A stretch of DNA of 64,000 nt from Podarcis bocagei. Lineage: Eukaryota. Positions 39,601-48,816 of the stretch are shown one piece after another. Every line of letters starts with the position of its first letter. Position 1 is the first letter of the stretch. Position numbers and translations under genes: made by a program. The notes under the pieces were generated by a model. That model was not told the DNA's origin. It ran no database searches and was given only the letters and a program-made list of their open reading frames with translations. Where the stretch lies: the NCBI GenBank assembly GCA_964188305.1, contig OZ076885.1; one strand, written 5' to 3'.

Positions 39601-42600
39601 CCAATACATAATGTACAAAATGCTTCAGCATTTTCCCAATTATTAATATTAATATAAAAAGGGAGGTATTATAAAGCACAAAGTTTACAAGCACTAGTCT
39701 TTTTTCAAAAAATTAAGCCGATAAACTTATAGCAATTATTTATACCCAGTATAATGAATGGTGTACTCCATATTAAATAATGCAAATAAATGTGTGCATG
39801 TTTGTTTCGTGTAAATGATCTCTACTGTCGTGCTTTTATTGTTAACTGAATGTTAAAATTTAGATTTTGTGCAAATAACAGTGTGGTTGCAGGCGCCATA
39901 TGTGGTGGATGACAAGCAACAGACTGCAGTCATATATGCCTGGAGAAAGTGATTGCAGACTATGAAGAACACCATAAATGCTAGGCATATCTACCCAGAG
40001 GGAAGTCCTATTTAATTCAATGCTCCCAAGTAGGACTGCAGCCTTAGTTATGCAGGACTCCAAAGCTCCACCCCAATACAGTGGATCCTTCTGGGGACAA
40101 CATATCCCTGCATTCATAAGGACTAGAAACATGCCTTTTGAAAATGAAACCTGAGATTCTCAGAATGGGTCAGGTTATATATCAGATACAGTGGTACCTC
40201 GGTTTAAGAACAGTCCTGTTTATGAACGATTCGGTTTACGAACTGCGCAAAACCGGAAATAGTATCGCAGTGTGCGAACTTTACCTCGGTCTAAGAATGG
40301 AATCCGAACGATGGAAGGGCACTGGCGGCAGGAGGCCTCATTAGGGAAAGCGCGCCTTGGTTTAAGAAAGGTTTTGGTTTAAGAATGGACTTCCGGAATG
40401 AATTAAGTTCATAAACCAAGGTACCACTGTACCAAAATCTGAACCCCCAAAATATACCAAGAAAATAAAAAAGTATGCATAACTTATGGTGAGTGTCACA
40501 GCCCTTTACAATATTCAATTTGTGGGCAAATATTTTGATCAACTTTCCTAGCAAGTTAAGTAAAAACATTTATTAATCAGGAAGAACAAAAACTGATCGA
40601 CTCACCTCCAGGAATTCTTTGGAAGACTTTAGTCAAAGTGTCTCCTGTTATAATGTTGTAACTAATCATCGCTTTAAAAGAAGAAGCTACTTCGTTAATA
40701 ACGCTTTGAAAAGATAAAACGAAACCTAAGCATACACTATGCGGAACAAAACTGTGTCAGTGAAAAACTATGCCTTCTCCGAACATGTAATGTATTCTAT
40801 GTTCAATACTTTTAGGCGAATTTAACCACCAAACTTGATGGGGCTCATTTCAAAACAGGAAGCCTGCCTGTCTTCTTCCTTAAAACCAGCCTCTTCCTTA
40901 CTCCTCCTCCTCCTTCTCACTGATGCCCTTGTACAGCTCAGCAAAGGAGGATGGAAGCAACACTAGATTGTGTTGGCCCTGCCTGCCATTGGCTCTGGTA
41001 CCGTCTACTGTCACCTGCTCTATCAGACCCAAAGCGCACCTGCCCCCACTGTGTCTGTATGAGGGGCTTCTAGGGTCACACAAGGAGGCCTCACCTCTTG
41101 ACTCCAAGTCTGGTGACCCCGCAACCCCTCTCATGCGAATTATCATTCCATGGGGGCGCTGTTAAGAGCCCCTCTTTCACCATCCAGGGTTCCAGCCAAA
41201 CAAAGGGGAAGATTAAAGGATAAGCCTGGACCAATTTCTGTATTTCATTTACATCCCACTTTTTCCTCCAAGGAACTCAAGGTGGTGTACATGGGGTGTA
41301 CATGGTTTTCTCCTTCCTCATTTAATCCCTACAACAACCCTGTGAGGTAGGTTAGGCTAAGAGACAGTGACTTGACCTAAAGTCACTCAGTGAGACTCAG
41401 TGAGTCACTCAGCTTCATGGCCAAGTGGGGATTTGAACCCTGGTTTCCCAGGTCCTAGTCCAACACCCTAACCACTACACCACAGGGGCTTCCAGTCTTC
41501 TTCTTTTATAGACTGCAAAAAGGCATTGTTCTTTAATGCATCTGCAAGGGGACCTTACCAATGAAAGGGTATAAGAACTGGAGAGCTGAGAGAATTAGGT
41601 ACCCTACAAAACCAAATGCTTTATTGACCAGAGCCTGGTAGCTGTTGGTTCCAGACAGGTTCCCTCCTTTAATCAACAGGATAATAGAATAATCTGTTGA
41701 GGAGAACAAGAAGCATTCTATTAACAACAATCTCTTTGGGATCAATTTCTCATGCATTATTCTCTTGATTTTTTTATTTTGATTTTTAAATCAGACTGAA
41801 AGAAGTCACCATGGAAAATACATGGGAACACAGAATAACAGGGGAAAGGAGATCTTACACAAAACCTGCGGGAAACCCAAGAAAAATGTCTTGGTAACAC
41901 AACTACATCTCCAGTGTCCATTAGGGAGGCATTGCTAGAGATCTCTTCTGCAATTATTTCCAGAGAGCTGACCTATTTATTTTGTAGGTCAGGCAAGGAG
42001 AGCTGCCTTTGATCCCTGTTACTGCCAGGCCAGTGGATCATTCTTTCAATCCACATGTGCCCTCGCAGGCTGCATTGGGTGGTGTCAATTAGCATTCCAT
42101 ATCCATCTCCAGAGTCACATGCTCCTTCCAGTGCTGTTAACTAGCAGCCCAGTTCGTGCCCATGTAAGCAGCAGGATATAGGAGCAAATGGGCTGCCCTG
42201 AGGTCTGCTAGCATGGCTAGGGTACAAGCTTTAGTACAAATTATTTTTTAAACGAATTTCTCCCAGCCCATTTCATCCTCACAACAACTCTGTGAGGTTG
42301 ATGAGGCTGAGAGACATTTAATGGCCCCTGATCGCTCAGTGAATAGGGATTTGAACATGGGTCTCCCTGACTCTGATTTGCCACTGAACCTAGATAGTCA
42401 CATATAGTTTTAAACTTTGTTCACAAGGATTAATAAGGGAATATAGTAAGTCAGCAAAGCACATGGAACTGATATGTAATAGATTGGCATTTTCTGTTAT
42501 AATGGGTAAAATAGAGATTTTTTTTCACAAATGCAAGATTAGTTGCACACTATGAATTGCATTGTGTCCTTAACTGATTCTCTACAACAGAGATTCCGTG

Positions 42601-45600
42601 GTTTAACTGCTCTCTACAAACCCTGGTTTAGTGTCCTCTGTACTAGGCTATGTGAAAGGTGGATGGAAATGCTTGCAATCATCTCTTGTTCCTGTTCCAG
42701 CAAGCCATTGTTCCATTCACTAGGAAGATCCTCTCTGAGCCCTGCCTTCTTTCGTGGTATCCTAATATCACATAGGAAAGGACATCCAATGCAGCACAGT
42801 GCTCTACTTTTAAATACCACCTCAGAAGATTAAGCGTTTTTCCTGTACACTTGAGTAAAGGTAAAGGACCCCTGGATGGTTAAGTGCAGTCAAAGGCGAC
42901 TATGGAGTTGTGGCGCTCATCTCACTTTCAGGCCGAGGGAGATGGTGTTTGTCCACAGACAGCTTTCCGGGTCATGTGGCCAGCATGACTAAACCGCTTC
43001 TGGCACAATGGAACACCGCGAAAGAAACCAGAGGGCACAGAAACGCCATTTACCTTCCTGCCACAGCAGTACCTATTTATCTACTTGCACTAGCGTGCGT
43101 TCGAACTGCTAGGTTGGCAGGAGCTGGGACAGAGCAAAAGGAGCTCACTCTGTTGCAGGGATTCGAACTGCCGACCTTCTGATCGGCAAGCCCAAGAGGC
43201 TCAGTGGTTTAGACCACCAGTGCCACCCGCGTCCCAGTGTGACACTTGAGTAACACTGCATGGAGAGACAGTGGGGCTCTATAGGCAAGCCCTGCCCTAC
43301 TGTTGTGTTCCCTGACTGCCCCACCCATATGCTGCCAACACATTGGGGAAGATATGAAGGGCAGAAAGCTACCTAATGCATACAGTCTGTTCCTGTGAGC
43401 TGAAAGCTGGATTCGGCAGAAATGGAGCCCATAGGGCTAGCCCACATGCACCCAAAATTTTCCCTTCAGACCTTCCCCCAATGTGTGGACGGTGGGGGGG
43501 GGGCAGAGCATGTTGGGGACACCACAGAGGGGCTCTCTCTCCAAGCAGAGTCGCTTGCGTGGAGAGAAGAATGCCTAATTTAGGACTTCTAGTATCAATG
43601 AAGACATTTTGCACATTCTGCCCATTTTAATTCCTGGCCCTCTCTCTCTACTGAATGACAACGGCCACTTTTAAGGCAATACCTGTGATATAAGCAACGG
43701 CCAACAACAACAGTATTCCCAATGGAAATCCAGCTTGCTTCAGAGAATAGGGCAGGCCTGTGAAACGAAGCAAACAAACAAATTAGATTGGAGGTCCCCC
43801 CACAAGTTCTTGCCACTTATTGATGCTTCCAGCTCCTCTCCCATCTTCCCAGGGGCTACTTAAGGTCTGGGGAAGCCCAAGCTACAGGAAGCTCATGCCA
43901 TCGGCTCCTGAATCTGGAGGGAAGTTCCTATCTGTACATCCACATATTTGCAAGGTCCCAGGAAGCTGTAGTATGGCTTACTGTGTCATGTAAAGCAAGC
44001 CGCTGACAAAGTCAAATGTTAAATATATAAACAGTCCATTGGAATCCCTGATCTTGATCGACATTAATCTGCACTACTGTAATAAAATTACAACCCCCAA
44101 AAATATGATTGATAGTAAGTCCAACAAAATAATAAACTGGAGTGAAATTTATAGTAATTAACTGGAATGAATAATAAACTGATGCATTTACCTATCATAC
44201 CAGATCCTATGATAGAGTTGATGACATTAAAAGCAGCTGATGAGAGGTTGCTAGTTCCTCCTTTGTTTCTCGGTTTACAAACCAGGGTTGTTGTTTCATC
44301 CAGTTCCTCCTATTTCAATAAAGTAGCACTGATGTCAGTCTAAAATATATTCACTTAAAAAAAACAAACCACCACATTTTTTTTAATCATTTAACATAAC
44401 TAAAAATACAAGGATTTGGTTTTGGAAGGGCTTCCCTTCCTCCCTAAAACAAACACATACCAAGTGACATGGAAAATCTTGGCAGTCATAGAATCATAGA
44501 GTTGGAAGGGACCTTGAGGATAATCTCATCCAACCATCTGCAATGCAGCAATATACATTGCGGGTGGCGCTGTGGTCTAAACCACTGAGCCTCTTGGGCT
44601 TGCTGATCGGAAGGTCGGCGGTTCAAATCCCCACGGCGGGGTGGGCTCCCGTTGCTCTGTCCCAGCTCCTGCCAACCTAGCAGTTTGAAAGCATGCCAGT
44701 GGAAGTAGATAAATAGGTACCGCTGCGGCGGGATGGTAAATGGCGTTTCCATGCGCTCTGGCACTTGTCATGGTCCTCCATGCACCAGTAGCGGTTTAGT
44801 CATGCTGGCCACATGACCCGGAACACTTTCTGTGGACAAACACCAGCTCCCTCGGCCTGAAAGCGAGATGAGCGCTGCAACCCCATAGCCGCCTTTGACT
44901 GGACTTTACCTTGCAGCTGTCCCATACAGGGATCAAACCTGCAACCTTGATGTTATCAGCACCAAGCTCTAACCAGCTGAGCTATCCAGGCTGACATTTT
45001 GTATGCATCAGAATAAGGACTAGATTTTGAAAGTATATTGGTTTTTAAGTGTTTTTGAAATTTGGGCACAAATGAAAGTTAGTTATTTCCTGCCCTTTAC
45101 CCTAAGATCCTAGGCAGGTACTTTTAAGCCTTCACTTTAATTGCTTTAACGATTCAATCCTAAACACACTTACTAGCCCCATCAGATGGTAGTTCAGCTA
45201 ATTTCTTCTGAGTAAACTCGCACAGGATTGTGCTGTAAGTCCAATGTGCTTCGCAAGGTGGTATATCTGAACAGCAAAGGGCGTCCTTTAAAATCTAAGG
45301 AGAGCTGGTCACCCACCACCTGACTGCCAGTTATCAGAAACATTTTGTTAACACAAAAAAACCCTTCTCCCCATGCAGGCCATATCTGCGTAACATTATA
45401 TAAATATACATTGTGTTTTATCTTAGTTATAGGTTGGAGGGTGGCCGCTGTCACACGCTGACAGCTTCTAGGAGCCACAGGTGAGAGCTGAGTGCAGGGT
45501 GGGGGCCAAAGGTGGACAAACTACCCCAGACATACCCCTCCCCTAACACCCCAGGAAAGAACTTTGACTAAACCAGGTGAAGGTAGCCAATGGTCTCAAA

Positions 45601-45948
45601 CCCTCGAGGAGTTACAGACTTTTTTGGCATGCAAAGACAGGCTCCGGTGGATTGAGCGGACAAGTTATGGCTAGCTAGAGTGCGGCGCTGATCATGCCAA
45701 AGCACGGGTTCGATTCCCATGCTATTCTTGCGGGGGTTGAATAAATTCTTCCAGCTCTTATGATTCTATGAAATAAGCGAGGTTGTGTTTTTTAAAGAGA
45801 AAGGAGGAGTTTGCTTTCCTACCCCACGGACCAATTGAAAGGCGAGGAGAAATTAAGAAAACTTCCTAGGATCCCAAGAAGACGCGCGGCTTACCGGGTG
45901 GGCAGGGCTGGTGGCGGGCGACGGGGGGCGCTGGGCCAGCTCTTCCAT
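26020..45948 (-). CDS. SLC38A11: Solute carrier family 38 member 11 (putative sodium-coupled neutral amino acid transporter 11), 12 coding exons, 458 aa
   Basis: Exons 45948-45895, 44309-44192, 43757-43683, 41693-41559, 40671-40606, 39258-39152, 38548-38469, 32815-32745, 31228-31067, 28504-28392, 26902-26771 and 26283-26020 join in frame (1377 nt) with GT-AG introns. The translation has SLC38A11 motifs: FNVINSIIGSGMIGLPYSLKQAGFPLG, AFICHHNSFLIY, GDIFENYC..DDLATFGRFCYG, QDCSHGQEM. Confidence 0.96.
26771..26902 (-). CDS. SLC38A11: SLC38A11 exon 11 (VLANVFFKGNLTTICHVALTVIVIALATSVSLVYDCLGIVLELN)
   Basis: tttcag| acceptor, |gtaagt donor, 132 nt. Missed by the ORF track. Confidence 0.95.
27928..28187 (-). 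mobile_element. tRNA-derived CORE-type SINE (Squam3-like), intron 10
   Basis: Reverse strand has A box (tggtgtagtggtt), B box (gggttcgcgtctcc), core gggtgaccttgggctagtcac and a (CTT)n tail. Confidence 0.85.
28392..28504 (-). CDS. SLC38A11: SLC38A11 exon 10 (GDIFENYCRDDDLATFGRFCYGITVILTFPIECFVTRE)
   Basis: cttcag| acceptor, |gtgagt donor, 113 nt. Confidence 0.96.
28673..28826. other. Assembly gap (154 N) in intron 9; no exon is missing from the gene model
   Basis: Run of N; exon 9 and exon 10 phases join without it. Confidence 1.
30139..30487 (-). mobile_element. Sauria SINE (Squam1), intron 9
   Basis: Full length; TSD tagag(t/c)aatata. Confidence 0.92.
31067..31228 (-). CDS. SLC38A11: SLC38A11 exon 9 (AFICHHNSFLIYGSLKEPTLSNWARVTH...GYVTFKEYTE)
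   Basis: ttccag| acceptor, |gtaagt donor, 162 nt. Confidence 0.96.
31935..32213. mobile_element. hAT MITE (TIR .AGGGCTGGG.GAT), intron 8
   Basis: TSD ttg(c/g)acag. Confidence 0.78.
32745..32815 (-). CDS. SLC38A11: SLC38A11 exon 8 (TQTENPWVFAKPNAAQAIGVMSF)
   Basis: ttccag| acceptor, |gtatgt donor, 71 nt. Confidence 0.94.
33599..33671. repeat. (TTTC)n microsatellite, intron 7
   Basis: Read directly from the sequence. Confidence 0.95.
33674..33940 (+). mobile_element. tRNA-derived CORE-type SINE (Squam3-like), intron 7
   Basis: Close inverted homolog of the 28.0 kb copy; (CTC/CTT)n tail. Confidence 0.85.
33945..34125 (-). mobile_element. Older CORE-type SINE
   Basis: cacaacaaccctg.gaggtagg...cccaaggtcac...gatttgaaccctgg motif; further copies at about 5900-6030, 41240-41490 and 42270-42390. 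Confidence 0.7.
34478..34710. mobile_element. Tigger/pogo-type MITE, variant family (TIR CAGTCGTACCTCGG)
   Basis: ta|cagtcgtacctcgg...ccgaggtacgactg|ta. Confidence 0.88.
36012..36183 (+). mobile_element. tRNA-Ala-like SINE (Squam2-type)
   Basis: tcagtgg...catctgctttgc...ccaggtt.aatccctgg.atct...gtagacaatactgagct; degenerate reverse copies at about 18920-19106 and 51512-51690. Confidence 0.6.
36580..36846 (-). mobile_element. L2 LINE 3' end in intron 7
   Basis: ORF 36653..36859 contains RAFSVAAPTLWNTLP; homologous to the 15.0 kb copy. Confidence 0.8.
37201..38070 (+). mobile_element. Young 5'-truncated L1 LINE in SLC38A11 intron 7, antisense to the gene
   Basis: Open 205-aa ORF2 C-terminus with CCHC knuckle (CWKC..GTFYHMWWEC), 3' UTR, AATAAA, poly(A), and a perfect 17-bp TSD gaaatatcctatgacta (37184-37200 / 38071-38087). 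Confidence 0.95.
38469..38548 (-). CDS. SLC38A11: SLC38A11 exon 7 (VSLVSLILTVLILVFGIIRAITFSAQV)
   Basis: tcacag| acceptor, |gtaagt donor, 80 nt, hydrophobic TM segment; phase 2 matches exon 8. Confidence 0.92.
38750..38885. mobile_element. hAT MITE (about 136-bp palindromic family), intron 6
   Basis: TIR caggcgtaggcaaactc / gagtttgcctatgcctg; no TSD visible. Older relatives at about 17065, 25050, 29720, 32905, 38950 and 61975. Confidence 0.85.
39152..39258 (-). CDS. SLC38A11: SLC38A11 exon 6 (VDQDNLLIGRHVIILCVTIIFTLPLSLFRNISKLGK)
   Basis: aagcag| acceptor, |gtaaat donor, 107 nt; LPLSL.R.I..LG motif. Confidence 0.94.
40189..40429. mobile_element. Tigger/pogo-type MITE, variant internal sequence
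   Basis: ta|cagtggtacctcgg...ggtaccactg|ta. Confidence 0.88.
40606..40671 (-). CDS. SLC38A11: SLC38A11 exon 5 (AMISYNIITGDTLTKVFQRIPG)
   Basis: ttttaaag| acceptor, |gtgagt donor, 66 nt. Confidence 0.93.
41240..41490 (-). mobile_element. Older CORE-type SINE, intron 4
   Basis: Same motif as 33945-34125. Confidence 0.7.
41559..41693 (-). CDS. SLC38A11: SLC38A11 exon 4 (DYSIILLIKGGNLSGTNSYQALVNKAFGFVGYLILSALQFLYPFI)
   Basis: caacag| acceptor, |gtaagg donor, 135 nt; lies within ORF 41533..41757. Confidence 0.95.
42859..43235 (-). mobile_element. Sauria SINE (Squam1), intron 3
   Basis: Full length; TSD acacttgagtaa. Confidence 0.92.
43683..43757 (-). CDS. SLC38A11: SLC38A11 exon 3 (GLPYSLKQAGFPLGILLLLAVAYIT)
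   Basis: tcacag| acceptor, |gtattg donor, 75 nt. Confidence 0.94.
44192..44309 (-). CDS. SLC38A11: SLC38A11 exon 2 (EELDETTTLVCKPRNKGGTSNLSSAAFNVINSIIGSGMI)
   Basis: aaatag| acceptor, |gtaaat donor, 118 nt, SLC38 TM1 motif. Missed by the ORF track. Confidence 0.93.
44487..44992 (-). mobile_element. tRNA-Ile-like SINE with CR1-type tail, split by a Sauria SINE
   Basis: Head 44911-44992 resembles tRNA-Ile; tail 44487-44553 ends (attctatg)2. Confidence 0.7.
44559..44910 (+). mobile_element. Sauria SINE (Squam1), intron 1, nested in a tRNA/CR1-tail SINE
   Basis: Reverse complement of the other copies; splits the host SINE into 44487-44553 and 44911-44992. Confidence 0.9.
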
Positions 45949-46270
45949 GGCGGCTCGCTCGCCCTGCCCGGCTTCCCTCGGAGGCCCCTGTCCGGATCCC
46001 GCCTGCAGCTCTCATGAACGGAGCGAGGCGGAGGGACAGGGGCTAGTGGGGTCGCCGAGGGAGAAGAGCGCGCCGGCTCTCGGGCTCCGGATCGGGACGC
46101 GGCAGCACGTGCGCGCCTGGGAATGGCCAGGCCTCCCGCGGGCGGAGAGAGCAGCGTGATCTCCACTCCCCGGAGCGCCTTGGAAGGGAGCCCGAAAAGG
46201 GGGGCGCGGGGGGGGGAATGGGGAGTGTCGGAAGGCCAGCGGAGTTTTCTGGTCGGGCTCGGCAGTCCGC
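45880..46270 (-). promoter_or_regulatory. CpG island / SLC38A11 promoter and 5' UTR
   Basis: Sharp rise in GC and CpG content around exon 1; GC boxes (GGGCGG); palindromic E-box GCACGTGC at 46105-46112. Confidence 0.8.
45895..45948 (-). CDS. SLC38A11: SLC38A11 coding exon 1 (MEELAQRPPSPATSPAHP)
   Basis: ATG in strong Kozak context (gccgccATGG) inside the CpG island; donor CCG|gtaagc; 54 nt, phase 0 matches exon 2. The peptide itself is poorly conserved. Confidence 0.82.
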
Positions 46271-46318
46271 CCATTTTACATCAGAATTATTGATTTGGAA
46301 AGGGACTCCCAGGGTCAT

Positions 46319-46494
46319 CATGGGCGTAGCTGGGATTGGGGGGGGGGGCGCAGGGGTGGCAGCTGCCCCTCTAAATCAAGCAAATAAATAAAAATATTTA
46401 AACTAACCAATTGCACCGCAGGTAACTGTCCTGTCCCCACCCCCCAAAAAAATTAAGCCTGCCCCACTCCCAATAAATGCTGGCTATGCCCACA
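46319..46494. mobile_element. Probable hAT MITE bordering the promoter CpG island
   Basis: tgggcgtagc ... gctatgccca inverted termini. Confidence 0.55.
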
Positions 46495-47600
46495 AATATA
46501 TATACAGCCATCATGGCTAGCGGCCATTCGTAGCCTAATCCCCGCCAAGAAATTCTCCAAATTAAGAGCCTTTACCTTTTCATCTTGGTGGCTATGGCCG
46601 CATTTGAGGAAGTGCTTCCCGTATTTTACTTAAGCACTTCACGAAGAAGAAAGTCTCGTGTCTTCCTTGCAAGAAAACACGATCAGAACGGAATGTTTGG
46701 AACAAAACTTCGGCCAAAACTGAGAAGTAAAGACAAATGGGCCACCTGTCCTGTCTTTCGCTGGTAGGAGATGCTATCATTGGGAATGCTTGATAGATAG
46801 TTGCCAAGCCTGATGATGAAACATTGGACCCTGGACCTGCATAAACTGAACAAAACTGAAAAATCCTTAACTTGTTCCCACAGCAACTCCCCTCCCCATA
46901 GGGTAATTGTTGGTGATTCTTTTTCTTTCCTTCTTCTGTTATTTTTTTTTTTAAAGTGATTGTTTCATCTCTCTCTTTTTGGTTACAAATATGTATACAT
47001 ACCTATCTTATTATGGGAGATTAAATAAATAAGATTTCAAAACAAAACAAAACTGGATTGAAAAGCCAGGTGTGGAAAAAGGAATACACACAAAGTCCTG
47101 GTTATTTTTGAATGCTCCTAAACTACCTATATAGGCATGAAGAACCGGTAGCAGCAACCAGAGATTTACTTCATGGTGAATGTTGACTGACCTTGTTTTT
47201 CACACGAATAGTCAATATCACCAGTGAGCTGCTCTGATATTTTGACAGGCATATGATATCCAGCCCAGCCTCTGGTTTCTGACAGTTATCAACAGATTTG
47301 TGAAATTAAAGTTCACAACACCATCCTGTTTATTATCTGAAATAGAAAATGCAGTGAAATTCTGAGGTCGAGGCTGCCTCTTTTATACATGAGGCATGTG
47401 ACCGTTTTATACTTTCCAAAGTACCATTTGGTTTTGGCATGGCAGTTTTCATCAGATACCAGGTAACCCTCAGGAACCTTTTAACAAGTGACCGGATTTC
47501 CCACCCAATACTTACCTGTCGTTTTTAGTGAGTCACCAAATGCAGGAAAAATCATGGAAAGAACCCCCATGAGCTTAGCAAACAAATGTGTTTTGTTATC

Positions 47601-48020
47601 TGTCAGGGAACTGACATCGGAGCTAGAGGCGGAGGGAAGGCTCTCAAATGATGCTGGAGAAGGGCCCAGCAGGGAGAGAGGCAGCTCCGCAGATGGGGAA
47701 GCAAATCAGCGCAACACCAGGGATATAGAGGGGCTGATGGGGGAATCGTCAAGAGAGCTCCAGGACTCTTCACCTGACACCAGCGGGGAGAGCACGGGTC
47801 CTCCGCTACCCACGCCCACCCTGCGCAGAAGACTTCCGCACAGAGAGAGTAGGAGGAGACTGGGTGTCAAACAACTTTTATGTTGGAAAAGATTTAAGAA
47901 ACGCCCACTGACGGATTCTGCTAGCGACTGAGGCAGCCACGAAGTGAAGGGCTGCCCAGACTGAAAGGTTTAGCAAGGCAACAAAGCCTGGAGAGGCGGC
48001 AACTTACGCACGAGCAACCC
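47601..48020 (+). mobile_element. LTR-like element 5' part (TGTCAGGGAACTG...), truncated
   Basis: TGTCA start, purine- and CpG-rich body, abrupt compositional boundaries. Confidence 0.5.
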
Positions 48021-48221
48021 ATACACTTTACATTATCCTTACAAAAGGTCTGTTTCCTTTGTTCAATGCGTGTGCAAACAAGGTAAAGCAGAGTTTAGAG
48101 GCAATTCCTTAAAAACAGTTTAACTGTTTCTGGTTCACTGAGTCTGTCCATATATTTCATCATCTCTTCTCTCTTCACTCTCATTGTGTTTGTTTGTTCT
48201 TGTTTTGATCTCTTGTTTCGA

Positions 48222-48781
48222 CGCTGCTCCGAAGCGGGGCGGGGGGGCGGGAACACCTGCCCCAGCCGCCCTGCTTCGGAACGCTGCTCCGAAGCGGGGC
48301 GGGGGGCGGGAACACCTTCCCCAGCCGCCCCGCTTCGGAACACTGCTCCGAAGCGGGGCGGGGGGCGGGAACACCTTCTGAAGGCGGGCGGGGGGCGAAA
48401 GTCTTTGTCCCCCCTGCCTGCCTTCCCAGGGGCTTTTAAATTGCCCCGGACAGCGGAGAAGTCCTCCGCTGTCCCGGGGCGATTTTAAAATGCCGCCCGC
48501 CAGCATTTTAAGATCACCCGGACAGCGGAGAAGTCCTCCGCTGTCCCGGGGTTTTTTAAAATGCTGGGGGTGGGAAGAAAAGCCCTTGTGTCCCCCCCCC
48601 AGCCTTCAGAAGAGGTCCGGGGACAGACTGTCCCCGGACCTGGTCTGAAGGCGGTTTCCCTAGGAACGCATTAATTGATTTTCAATGCATTCCTATGGGA
48701 AACCGTGCATCGCAAGACGAAAAACTCGCAAGACGAAGAGACTTGCGGAACGAATTAATTTCGTCTTGCGAGGCACCACTG
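48222..48781. mobile_element. Partial Tigger/pogo-type MITE with GC-rich internal tandem repeats
   Basis: Right TIR ...cgtcttgcgaggcaccactg|ta; left TIR not found; about 60-bp repeats at 48222-48378. Confidence 0.7.
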
Positions 48782-48816
48782 TAAGTATAAAATATATTCA
48801 TGCTACTGTCTCTAAA

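Noticed and set aside
45891-46274. 127-aa Pro/Arg-rich ORF as the true SLC38A11 N-terminus
   Set aside because: Its exit phase does not fit exon 2, and it is typical stop-poor CpG-island sequence. The Kozak ATG at 45948 fits in phase 0.
47488-47931. 147-aa ORF as a host gene divergent from SLC38A11
   Set aside because: It lies mostly within an LTR-like element, is low-complexity and shows no splice structure.
48222-48378. CRISPR-like repeat array
   Set aside because: The units are contiguous tandem repeats without unique spacers, there are no cas genes, and the context is a vertebrate MITE.
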